From Octopus sinensis (Eukaryota), in assembly GCF_006345805.1 (NCBI RefSeq), contig NC_043007.1:8246001-8310000 (forward strand): a stretch of DNA of 64,000 nt. The letters are read 5' to 3'. The position numbers and the translations under genes are program-made. The notes under the pieces were generated by a model that saw nothing but the letters and a program-made list of their open reading frames with translations, was not told the DNA's origin and did not search any database. Shown one piece after another: positions 12,930 to 24,455 of the stretch (positions are counted from its first letter, which is position 1; each line of letters starts with the position of its first letter).

Positions 12930-14278
12930 GTGTGCTTGGTCTTTCTGCAACAGATATGGACAACCTTTTTCGAGAAGCGGGTCGCATGACAAAGGGGCCA
13001 TCATCAGCGGACAGCACTACGAAAAAAATGTCAACGAGATTTTTCATTTGGCTCACCATTCAAAAAATCCTGCAGGCCGCAGTTTGCCCATGATTGATCA
13101 AGAGGGCGGAGGTTGCAGAGGTGTTTATCGCCTCTGTAATCACTTACCACCTGACCGTTGTGCCTTGCCCCGATTCGTAGCTGAACAAGTTGGAAGGCAT
13201 GCTCTTTCGCTTTTTGTGGAGGGGCAGCAGACCTCTTGTAAGGCGCTCTATCTGCTGCCAAAAGCCGCTGAAGGGTGGGCTGGGGATGTCGTGGCTAAAA
13301 TTGCGCAGACATGCGCTGAGGCTCAGGCAACTCTAGCTTTACCTGGGCGGTGAGCAGGTATGGTCTCCGTTCGTCAAGCTGTTATTTCCACAGTTCACAT
13401 CGTTTACCGAACTGGAGCCGTGGATCAAGCGTAGACCGAGGTTGGGCGCGTGGCATGCAGAGTGCCATCAGGCATTCGGGCTTCTCTCCCAGTACTACCT
13501 CGTTCTTCTATAGACGGTTAGTAGAGTTCAAGTGTAACGACGTCCTGGGAGAAACCCTAGGCTTCGGCGAAGAACAACTGACCAACCTGTTCCAAAGAAC
13601 ACTCGGGACGGAGCCTATGTCTTTAGACACGGGTATGCACCTTCGCCGGTTTATGCAATTTGCGAGCGGGACAGTGAAACTGTCCTGCACGCGACTGAAT
13701 TCTGGACTTGTGAACTCTGGGCTTATATCGAACACCTGCTGTCACATTCGGGAAGAGTACAACTGTCGAGCGAATCTGTAATTAAGATAGTTCCGCCGAC
13801 CTCCCTGAATAGGGAGGAGCGAGCCTGTTTTCTCTCGGTAGTTGCTGTTGTGAAAAAGGTAGTATGGAAGACGAGAGTGAAAGGAATTGCAACAGGCATG
13901 TTCATCTCCAGTCTCGGGTTAATCGACTTTTTCGTTTTCCACATGAAACGGAAAATAAGACTGGAGAAGAAATGCCTGTCGCAAAGTGTGTTTCGTAAAA
14001 GATGGAAGTCTACAGCAAGTATGTTGCGAGTGACAGAACCTGTCTAAACGAGGACAAAAAAAAAGGAAAACAAGGTCTTCAGTGGTCGTGGTTTGTGGGG
14101 TCGACCGTATCCTTCGCTTCATTTTTTGTAAATCACTCACTCTCAACTAATTGTATATATATTTTAATTGTTTATTCATGCGTTTCGTCCCATTCGATCC
14201 CCTGACCCCCAACGTTTGTTTTGTCTGTCCTCCTATCGTCCCCCTTATTCTCAAACTTATATGCTTAATAAAGAAATT
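12930..14278 (+). mobile_element. Tx1/L1-clade LINE, decayed 3' portion
   Basis: A frame not called in the ORF track reads LNKLEGMLFRFLWRGSRPLVRRSICCQKPLKGGLGM..LRRHALRLRQL (Tx1/L1 RT thumb FLW...GGLG). It continues through 13350-13781 and 13850-14047 and ends in a pyrimidine-rich 3' UTR with AATAAA. Confidence 0.7.
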
Positions 14279-14934
14279 GACTGATCAAGAAATTACAACT
14301 TTCACTGCAGTATCTTCTCTCTCTCACTCTCGATATCTCTCTCCTTCTCTCTCTCTCTCTCTCTTTCTTCTCTCCCCTCTCTCTTTCTTTCTCTCCCCTC
14401 TCTCTTTCTTTCTCCCTTTCTTTCTTTCTCCCTTTCTTTCTTTCTCTTCCTCTCTGTCCTGAAGGGAAGTTAACCAACAACCGCAAATATTCTATGCTTA
14501 GGATGTAAGGGAAGTAACTCTTGAAACCCCTCTTCAAGAAAGTTACGTTATTCTGCACCGAGAAATCTTGAAATGTTTAATAAAAAGTAAAAACACGAGA
14601 AACAGTTCCAAGGATTTAATTTTTAATCTTTCAGCATCCATTAAACTATCAGAAATTGCATAAATGGTTAACAATGAACAAACAGAGAGAGAGAGAGACA
14701 TAATTAAATGACGTTATAATGGAATACATGTGTTGTCTAGTACACAATTTCGACAGAGAGAGAGGATAGGGGTTGTGTTGTCAATAGCAACACGGCCACA
14801 CACACACACACACACACGCGCACACACGTACGCACGCACGAACACACACAAACACACACACACACACACACACGCACGCACACAAACACACACACACGCA
14901 CGCACGCACACACACACACACACACACACGCACG

Positions 14935-14979
<45 letters not shown>

Positions 14980-15127
14980 ACGCACGCACGTCTTTCCTTT
15001 CACTTTCTCTTCTCTTCTTCCAGTGTTTTCATTCTTCTCTCAAAACGATCCATTTTGTCTCGTGTTTTTCTTAACCTGAATTCTTTCATTTTCTTTCTCC
15101 CTTTTTTCTTCTGATTTGACTTGAAAG

Positions 15128-15188
15128 AAGCAAAACGCGAGCAAAACCTCTCCGAATGCTGGACTTTCTACTCTCCCTGTGAAGCTAT
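15128..15188 (+). other. VASH: Putative non-coding 5' exon of vasohibin (3' boundary defined by a U12 donor; 5' boundary uncertain)
   Basis: Perfect U12 donor GTATCCTTTT at 15189 matching a U12-like branch/acceptor TTCCTTGAT...AACAG at 20511-20532. Confidence 0.45.
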
Positions 15189-16684
15189 GTATCCTTTTAA
15201 TAATAGATTCATTCTTTGTTCTGGTTTCGAATCTCACTGTTGACGACTTTGTCTTTCCTCTTTCCGAGTTTTAATTAAGTATTTTATAAAAGAATTTTTT
15301 TTTCCTTTTCTTTTTGAGATAAAATTATAACCGCCCTCGAAATACTGGTTTTATGGGTCGATATAAATTTACTGTCCACTTCCTTCAAAAAACCCTGGGG
15401 GCGGGAAGGGTTTTTATTTTTATTTAGTTGCTATGGAAGAAGTCAAGTAGAAAACATATTTTATGTTCTGATCAATTTAATTTTAAATAAGAACTTTTCG
15501 CATATCAGGGAGGGGTTCGATCTTTATTTCCTAAACCACTGGTCAGTAGAATGGTCAGTATTGACGCCTGTGGTGGATGGGGGGGCCTGTATAGCTATCC
15601 AAAGGATTTTGAGCATTAAGCATGTGTGATTTAATAAGGAATTGAATTTGGAAGAGCGTCGGTAATTAAGGTTAAAAACTCACTAATTGCCAACCAAATA
15701 CCGATGCAATAACTAGCGCTCACCAAACACATATTTCCCATTAAATATTCCAGCTACATCGATATAACATGACTGAATTTTTATTGTTTTGTATCAATTT
15801 CGTTAAGTTTTTTCTATAAATTTTTTCAAATATTTCTTATTAAAATATACTAAAAATACAGAAGAAGCAGAGAATTATTGATTTTAAATGTAGAAATTTT
15901 TTATTAATGACATTTTAATTTCTCTTAAAAATTTACCGGATAGAGTTTGATAAGTTATCGGCATACCTATACATGTTTGTCCCCCCCCCTCATCTCACCT
16001 GCAATTTTGTTTCCTCATAACTTTCGGTGAATATTTATAGTGACATTTTCTTCAAATACCTTTCAAAGGGTGTACATTCTGTTTATACTGGAACCTGTTG
16101 TGAAAAAATATTTTTCGTGGGTAGGGAGAAGAATTTGGGGGTAATTCACATGAGTTGACTTTATGGCATATCTTTCGGGAAAATGGGTTTTTGTTAATGA
16201 AATTTTGTTTTCATATACCTTTTGAACGGTGTAGATTTCAATTGTAGCGGATTTTAAAGTGGAAAAAAGAAAAGTGGCAGACGCACACACACAAATACAT
16301 ACAGACACACATCACATAATTTTTTCAAAATTTTAAGTTTCATTTTGCAGATACGTATGTGATGGGCATCGGTAGGAGGAAACAAAGTCGATGTGCTCAG
16401 CTATCGACGATTCCATGAAGGGCTCAATATCATAAGACGTTTAAGGCGGCGAGCTGGCAGACACGTTGGCACGCTGGGTGAAATACTTAGCCGTATTTTA
16501 TCTGTCTTTACATTCTGAGTTCCAATTCCACCGAGGTCGACTTTGCATTTCATCCTTTCGGGGTCGATAAATTACGTACCAGTTGCGTACTGGGGTAGAT
16601 CTAATCGACTGGCCCCCTCACCAAAAATTTCGGGCTTTGTGCCTAGAGTAGAAAAGAATATTATAAGACGTTTTCCTACACCTA

Positions 16685-16722
<38 letters not shown>

Positions 16723-16728
16723 TTCTCT

Positions 16729-16785
<57 letters not shown>

Positions 16786-16919
16786 CACTGTAAATCTGTT
16801 GCTTCTGTACCTATTCTGTGAGTTAACAAGGAAGAAAGGGAGAGGAGTTGGATTTTTTGTTTTGTTTTGTTTATCTTTTTATATATATCTTTAATTGTAA
16901 ACGTATTTGTGTATGTAAA

Positions 16920-18090
16920 TTTATATGATAGTATGATCATGAACTAATTGTATACAGTGCTCGGGTGCACTACAACCAGTGGCCGACTGGCCGGGTTGCC
17001 AGCTTGCATGATGGCAAATGGGCCCCTATGCCATTGGAATCCATATATGGGGGCCCATGTTAGTATCTAAGGGGCCCATCCCCTCAAGTTTGAGAATTTT
17101 TTATTCACTCTTGGAAGAATGCATTATTTATTTCAGCCTGGCTTTGTTTGGAGACAGTTGGGAAGAATAGTTTTAACAAAAAAAAATTAAGTGATAGCAT
17201 TGTAGTCGTGGAGGGGACCCCTTGTAGTTGTGGATGGGCACCCTGGTAGCTGCAGGTGAGCCCCCTTGTAGTTGCGGGTGAGACCCCTAGTAATTGCAGG
17301 TGGGCACCCTTGTAATTGCAGGTGGGCCCCCTTGTAGTTGCAGGTGGGCCCTGTTGCAGTTGTGGGTAATCACCCTCCCTTGTAGTTGCAGGTGGGCCTC
17401 CTTGTAGTTGTGGGTGGGCCCTCTTAGTTGCAGGTGAGCCCCCTAGTAGTTGCAGGTGGGCCCCCTTAGTCTCCTGACAACCAATATTTTTAGACCCAGT
17501 CCACCACTGACTACAACTCATCAAGTAAAGTAGCAAAAGGCACCGGAAGTGAATGACTCATTTTAAACAAAAATCTTTAAACAAGTTAAAACAAAAGGAC
17601 TCCATTTGCTGCGGAAATTTGGAAGAATGTAATGCTCCGACAACTAACAACTGGTGTGGATAACTTGTTCCATGCTTCAGCAATTCTGAGAGTGAAAAAA
17701 TGTTTCTGAGAGTCAAGGATGCTGTGTTGTATTTTGATTTTGTGAGCCACGAGTGTTTGACGGATTGAACTCTAAAAGATGCCCAAGGTTGTTGTTGTTG
17801 TTGCTGTTGGGAAGATGGTTGTTGATCTTGAGAGTGTCTACCAAGTCAGTTGCCAGATGCCAGGGCTTTAATCTGTCCATGCCCAGAGAAGCAGGACGTT
17901 CAGATTATGGCAGATGTCTGGTTCCACATTTCTGAACATTTTCCAGAATACTGATATGCTGAGCAAGAGAAGAGTTCCAGACTGGTGATGCCAACTGTGG
18001 ACGTTCCGTAGTCCTACACAGCTTTAAACAGGTTGCTGGAGAGCAGCTGGCAAAAAGCACCTTAGAGAGTAACATGTGCGACGTCTTTAC
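16920..18090 (-). mobile_element. CR1-like LINE 3' remnant, interrupted by the hAT MITE
   Basis: KHFFTLRIAEAWNKL motif on -; the 3' region matches the plus-strand copy at 48610-49060. Confidence 0.65.
16977..17509. mobile_element. Non-autonomous hAT element (MITE) with internal ~21-bp minisatellite
   Basis: 14-bp TIRs CAGTGGCCGACTGG / CCAGTCCACCACTG; perfect 8-bp TSD ACTACAAC (16969-16976, 17510-17517); about 12 degenerate ccttgtagttgcaggtgggcc units at 17215-17470. Confidence 0.9.
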
Positions 18091-18103
18091 AGGTGCATGG
18101 GAA

Positions 18104-18149
<46 letters not shown>

Positions 18150-19424
18150 TGGCATAATTTTGTATGTGTAAAATAAATAGTTCAGTCTATAAAGAGTAAA
18201 TCCTTTGTTAAGCTCTGTATGTGCACACATATTCATGTGTGTGTGTGTGTGTGTATACTGGTATGTAAGCATGTGTGGACGTTTGGATGTGTATATTTGG
18301 TGCTTATGTGTATGGATGTGTATGACTAGAGTTTGTGTGTGTGTGTACGTGTGTGTGTGTGTGTGTGTGAACCCAGCATGGAGTCAATAACTGACTAGCA
18401 TTAGTACTTAGTGACACAAATACTTGAGATGGTGAACAAGTGCTTTATAAGACAGCTTTGGGAAGTGATGGGCCTGTAGTTCTTGTCAGGACATGTTTTG
18501 GAAAGGGACAGAGGTGGCTCCTTTGATATCTCCCACAGCATTGTAAGTCCAAGAAAACAAAACCTAGCAGAATGCTTCCTGATAGAATAACAGGCTGTCA
18601 ATCAGCTTCTCTTCACTTTGAAGAGGCTGGATTTCCTGCAACCCCCTGCGGCTGGAATGCGCTTTAACTCATCTTGTATCACCTTTGCCACTAGATCGAT
18701 ATTGAAGAGGGATTCAGTGAAATATGGGAATGAACACCTTCACTCCCCACCCGGCTTTGTCATGAACACCCTCACCCCCCACCCGGCTTTGTCCCTCGAC
18801 TGAATCTCCATCTTTGTTTCATTTTCTTCTCTATTTCTGCACTTCAAAAATTGTATTTGCTTAACCCACCAAAATTCCCACATCATCTTAGGTTAAACAT
18901 TCAATTCAAATTTCAGTGACCTAATTTGGCTTTGACACAGGTATATCCCCAAGACACCTGTAAAAAAGAAAGCAGCTTCTTCGCTCTGTGGCTATGAGAT
19001 AGTTTACTTCCATCACCTTTTGTCAGCTTCCTTCTGCCAGCTTCAAATTTCACTGAGACTTAATTGTCACACACACACACACACAAACTTCTTTCTTGTG
19101 AGCCTGGAACCCTTTACTTTTCCTTTCACACATTTAATGGCAGACTACTAAGAGATATTCCATGCAAACAAACACTTGTTCACAACACAAATGTGTGTGC
19201 TTTCTTCCAAATTCTCTGTTGCTTCTCTCTGATTCAATCTGTACGATGCCAGCATGCAAAGCAGGCATTACAGGATTATGAAGAGGCAATAATTATAGAC
19301 TTTGTTACATTAATTTATTTCAATAATTCAGAAATTACTTATTACATTTCACTTGTTACACATATACTGTAAAGATTCAGAATAACTATATATTTAATAC
19401 AGTTCTATATTTAAGAGATGAGGA

Positions 19425-19752
19425 ATTATGTGCATTATTTACATTATTTACAATTCATGGATATTTGTCTCCATCTTGTTTGTTGCTAACACAACATTTC
19501 AGCTGATGTACCCTCCAGCCTTCATCAGGTGTCTTGGGGAAACTTTGAACCTGGGTTCTCATTCCTAAGACATTTTTCAATGTTATTATTATTATTATTA
19601 TTCAAGTCACTGCCTGGAATCAAACTCAGAATCTTAACCACTACGCCATATGCCAGTGGGACATATGGCGTAGTGGTTAAGAGTGTGGGCTACTAACCCC
19701 AAGATTCCAAGTTTGATTCCAGGTAGGGACCTGAATAATAATAATAATAATA

Positions 19753-19784
<32 letters not shown>

Positions 19785-19950
19785 AATAATAGTAACATCA
19801 AAAAATATCTTAGGAATGAGAACCAGGTTCGAAATTTCTCCAAGACACCTGAAGAAGGCTGGAGGGTATATCAGCCGAAACATTGTGTTAACAACAAACA
19901 AGATGAGGACAAATATCTGTCAAATGTAAATAATGTAAATGACGTAAATA
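19425..19950. mobile_element. Head-to-head inverted dimer of a tRNA-headed SINE with Penelope-like (hammerhead-core) tail
   Basis: About 19430-19651 mirrors 19661-19945; A box TGGCGTAGTGG and B box GTTTGATTCC; tail CTGAAGA-a-GGCTG..CAGCC-GAAAC. Confidence 0.75.
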
Positions 19951-20553
19951 ACTATATATTTGTATCTATAAACTACTCCAGCTTTAGACAAAATCCATCT
20001 CTAAACATAGCAGCCAGATACATCTCATTCACACATCATCATCACCATCATTGTCATCATCCTCATTTTGATGTTCACTTTTACATGCTTGCATGAGTTA
20101 GAAGGAGTTTATTGAGGCTGATTTGCCATGGCTGGATATGCTTCCTGTTGCCAACATCAGGCCTAAGAATATCTGCCACAACAAATTCTGCATGACCCAA
20201 GCAAACATGGAAAAGTGGACAATAAATGGCGGCGGCGGCGGTGGTGGTGGTGGTGGTGGTGGTGGTGTGGTGGTGGTGGTGGTGGTGGTGGTGTGGTGGT
20301 GGTGGTGGTGGTGGTAGTGGGGAAAAGGTTTTTCTCATTTAACGAAATTCATGTTCTGGAAGTTTTCCATATTTTGGAATTTCAATTAAAGGATTATCAT
20401 TTGTGATAAATTTGTGAACAAATTATGAATCAATGTGTATTTTTGTTTCTTTTTGTTTTTGCTTTTATCTAATGCTAGTTTTTAATGCTGCCATATAAAA
20501 GAACAAAGGATTCCTTGATCTGCATTTAACAGATAAGTCAAGCAATTGGCTGA

Positions 20554-20766
20554 ATGTCAGTTCGTAAGGCAAGTTTACCTTTAAGGCAACACAAACACAA
20601 CGATAAACTGAAGCACAATGCCGGCTGTTTCTTTTGGGTCAACCGAAGTGGTTTGCCACTGAAAGAAGAAACATGGGAAAGAATGTGGTCATTTGCTGCC
20701 AAGCAACATCCAGATGGAGAGAACATCATTGAAAGCATTAGAGTTCTTTGTGATAACCTTCCAAAG
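20554..20766 (+). CDS. VASH: Vasohibin (tubulinyl-Tyr carboxypeptidase) coding exon 1
   Basis: FWVNRSGLPLKEETWERMWSFAAKQHPDGE...LPK resembles human VASH1 [30 protein letters not shown]...LPK. ATG is preceded by an in-frame TGA; donor AAG|GTAATT. Confidence 0.95.
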
Positions 20767-20874
20767 GTAATTATTATATAATTCTCTAATATTTGTGAAT
20801 TCTTCAAAAATGAAAGATTAATTTAAAACCTGTAACAGCAGAAATGTTGTGGGCTTGACAATGGGGAGGTAAAT

Positions 20875-23800
20875 GTAATAGCTGCTGTTGTGGGAGTGTC
20901 ATGAAGTTGACAGTGGGAGGATCAAGGAATAGCTGCTACAGTGGGAGTGTCATGAAGTTGGCAGTGGGAGGATCAAGGAATAGCTGCTGCAGTGGGAGTG
21001 TCAGGAAGTTGGCAGTGGGAGGATCAAGGAATAGCTGCTGCAGTGGGAGTGTTATGAAGTTGACAGTGGGAGGATCAAGGAATAGTTGCTGCTGTGGGAG
21101 TGTCATGAATTTGGCTGTGGGAGGATCAAGGAATAGCTGCTACGGTAGGAGTGTCATGAAGTTGACAGTGGGAGGATCAAGGAATAGCTGCTGCAGTGGG
21201 AGTGTTATGAAGTTGACAGTGGGAGGATCAAGGAATAGTTGCTACAGTGGGAGTGTCATGAAGTTGGCAGTGGGAGGATCAAGGAATAGCTGCTACAGTG
21301 GGAGTGTCATGAAGTTGGCAGTGGGAGGATCAAGGAATAGCTGCTGCTGTGGGAGTGTCATGAAGTTGGCAGTGGGAGGATCAAGGAATAGTTGCTGCTG
21401 CAGTGGGAGTGTCATGAAGTTGGCAGTGGGAGGATCAAGGAATAGCTGCTACAGTGGGAGTGTCATGAAGTTGGCAGTGGGAGGATCAAGGAATAGCTGC
21501 TGCTGTGAGAGTGTCATGAAGTTGGCAGTGGGAGGATCAAGGAATAGCTGCTACAGTGGGAGTGTCATGAAGTTGGCAGTGGGAGGATCAAGGAATAGCT
21601 GCTACAGTGGGAGTGTCATGAAGTTGGCAGTGGGAGGATCAAGGAATAGCTGCTGCAGTGGGAGTGTCATGAAGTTGGCAGTGGGAGGATCAAGGAATAG
21701 CTGCTACAGTGGGAGTGTCATGAAGTTGGCAGTGGGAGGATCAAGGAATAGCTGCTGCTGTGAGAGTGTCATGAAGTTGGCAGTGGGAGGATCAAGGAAT
21801 AGCTGCTACAGTGGAAGTGTCATGAAGTTGGCAGTGGGAGGATCAAGGAATAGCTGCTACAGTGGGAGTGTCATGAAGTTGGCAGTGGGAGGATCAAGGA
21901 ATAGCTGCTGCAGTGGGAGTGTCATGAAGTTGGCAGTGGGAGGATCAAGGAATAGCTGCTGCAGTGGGAGTGTCATGAAGTTGGCAGTGGGAGGATCAAG
22001 GAATAGCTGCTGCAGTGGCAGTGTCATGAAGTTGGCAGTGGGAGGATCAAGGAATAGCTGCTGCTGTGGGAGTGTCATGAAGTTGGCAGTGGGAGGATCA
22101 CGGAATAGCTGCTACAGTGGGAGTGTCATGAAGTTGGCAGTGGGAGGATCAAGGAATAGCTGCTGCAGTGGGAGTGTCATGAAGTTGGCAGTGGGAGGAT
22201 CAAGGAATAGCTGCTACAGTGGGAGTGTCATGAAGTTGGCAGTGGGAGGATCAAGGAATAGCTGCTGCAGTGGGAGTGTCATGAAGTTGGCAGTGGGAGG
22301 ATCAAGGAATAGCTGCTACAGTAGGAGTGTCATGAAGTTGGCAGTGGGAGGATCAAGGAATAGCTGCTGCTGTGGGAGTGTCATGAATTTGGCAGTGGGA
22401 GGATCAAGGAATAGCTGCTGTGGGAGTGTCATGAAGTTGGCAGTGAGAGGATCAAGGAATAGCTGCTACAGTGGTAGTGTCATGAAGTTGAGAGTGGGAG
22501 GATCAAGGAATAGCTGCTGCTGTGGGAGTGTCATGAAGTTGGCAGTGGGAGGATCAAGAAATAGCTGCTACAGTGGGAGTGTCATTAGGTTGACAGTGGG
22601 AGGATCAAGGAATAGCTGCTGCTGTAGGAGTGTCATGAAGTTGACAGTGGGAGGATCAAGGAATAGCTGCTGTTGTGGGAGTGTCATGAAGTTGACAGTG
22701 GGAGGATCAAGGAATAGCTGCTGCTGTGGGAATGTCATGAAGTTGGCAGTGGGAGGATCAAGGAATAGCTGCTGCTGCAGTGGGAGTGTCATGAAGTTGG
22801 CTGTGGGAGGATCAAGGAATAGCTGCTACGGTAGGAGTGTCATGAAGTTGGCAGTGGGAGGATCAAGGAATAGCTGCTGCAGTGGGAGTGTCATGAAGTT
22901 GGCAGTGGGAGGATCAAGGAATAGCTGCTACGTAGGAGTGTCATGAAGTTGACAGTGGGAGGATCAAGGAATAGCTGCTGCAGTGGGAGTGTTATGAAGT
23001 TGCCAGTGGGAGGATCAAGGAATATTTGCTGCTGTGGGAGTGTCATGAAGTTGGCAGTGGGAGGATCAAGGAATAGCTGCTGCTGCAGTGGGAGTGTCAT
23101 AAAGTTGGCAGTGGGAGGATCAAGGAATAGCTGCTGCTGCAGTGGGAGTGTCATGAAGTTGGCAGTGGGAGGATCAAGGAATAGCTGCTACAGTGGGAGT
23201 GTCATGAAGTTGGCAGTGGGAGGATCAAGGAATAGCTGCTGCTGTGGGAGTGTCATGAAGTTGGCAGTGGGAGGACCAAGGAATAGCTGCTACAGTGGGA
23301 GTGTCATGAAGTTGACAGTGGGAGGATCAAGGAATAGCTGCTACAATGGGAGTGTCATGAAGTTGGCAGTGGGAGGATCAAGGAATAGCTGCTGCAGTGG
23401 GAGTGTCATGAAGTTGGCAGTGGGAGGATCAAGGAATAGCTGCTGCAGTGGGTGTGTCATAAAGTTGGCAGTGGGAGGATCAAGGAATAGCTGCTACGGT
23501 AGGAGTTTCATGAAGTTGACTGTGGGAGGATCAAGGAATAGCTGCTGCTGCTGTGGGAGTGCCATGAAGTTGGCAGTGGGAGGATCAAGGAATAGCTGCT
23601 GCTATGGTAAGAGTGTCATGAAGTTGACAGTGGGAGGATCAAGGAATAGCTGCTACGGTAGGAGTGTCATGAAGTTGACAGTGGGAGGATCAAGGAATAG
23701 CTGCTACGGTAGGAGTGTCATGAAGTTGACTGTGGGAGGATCAAGGAATAGCTGCTGCTGCTGTGGGAGTGCCATGAAGTTGGCAGTGGGAGGATCAAGG

Positions 23801-24455
23801 AATAGCTGCTGCTGCTGTGGGAGTGTCATGAAGTTGGCAGTGGGAGGATCAAGTAATAGCTGCTACAGTGGGAGTGTCATGAAGTTGGCAGTGGGAGGAT
23901 CAAGGAATAGCTGCTGCTACAGTGGGAGTGTCATGAAGTTGACAGTGGGAGGATCAAGGAATAGCTGCTGCTGTTGTGGGAGTGTCATGAAGTTGGCAGT
24001 GGGAGGATCAAGGAATAGCTGCTACAGTGAGAGTGTCATGAAGTTGGCAGTGGGAGGATCAAGGAATAGCTGCTGCTACAGTGGGAGTGTCATGAAGTTG
24101 ACAGTGGGAGGATCAAGGAATAGCTGCTGCTGCTGTGGGAGTGTCATGAAGTTGACAGTGGGAGGATCAAGGAATAGCTGCTACAGTGGGGGTGTCATGA
24201 AGTTGACAGTGGGAGGATCAAGGAATAGCTGCTGCAGTGGGAGTGTCATGAAGTTGGCAGTGGGAGGATCAAGGAATAGCTGCTATGGTAGGAGTGTCAT
24301 GAAGTTGGCAGTGGGAGGATATAGGAATAGCTGCTGCAGTGGGAGGATCAAGGAATAGCTGATGCAGTGGGAGGATCAAGGAATAGCTGCTGCAGTGGGA
24401 GGATCAAAGAATAGCTGCTGCAGTGGGAGGATCAAGGACAGCTGCTGCAGTGGGT
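20875..24455 (+). repeat. Intronic minisatellite, 51-bp unit (48/54-bp variants), roughly 65-70 copies
   Basis: Unit gtcatgaagttggcagtgggaggatcaaggaatagctgctgcagtgggagt; generates the 681-aa and 471-aa repeat ORFs. Confidence 0.97.

Noticed and set aside
12913-13781. 146-aa and 143-aa ORFs as a host gene
   Set aside because: They belong to, or are alternative frames of, a decayed Tx1-like LINE.
19661-19735. tRNA gene
   Set aside because: A/B boxes are present but there is no proper acceptor stem and it is fused to a repeat body: a SINE head.
20901-24358. 681-aa and 471-aa Cys-rich ORFs as genes, or the array as CRISPR
   Set aside because: Pure tandem repeat inside a VASH intron; no unique spacers, no cas genes, eukaryotic context; no signal peptide or unique domain.
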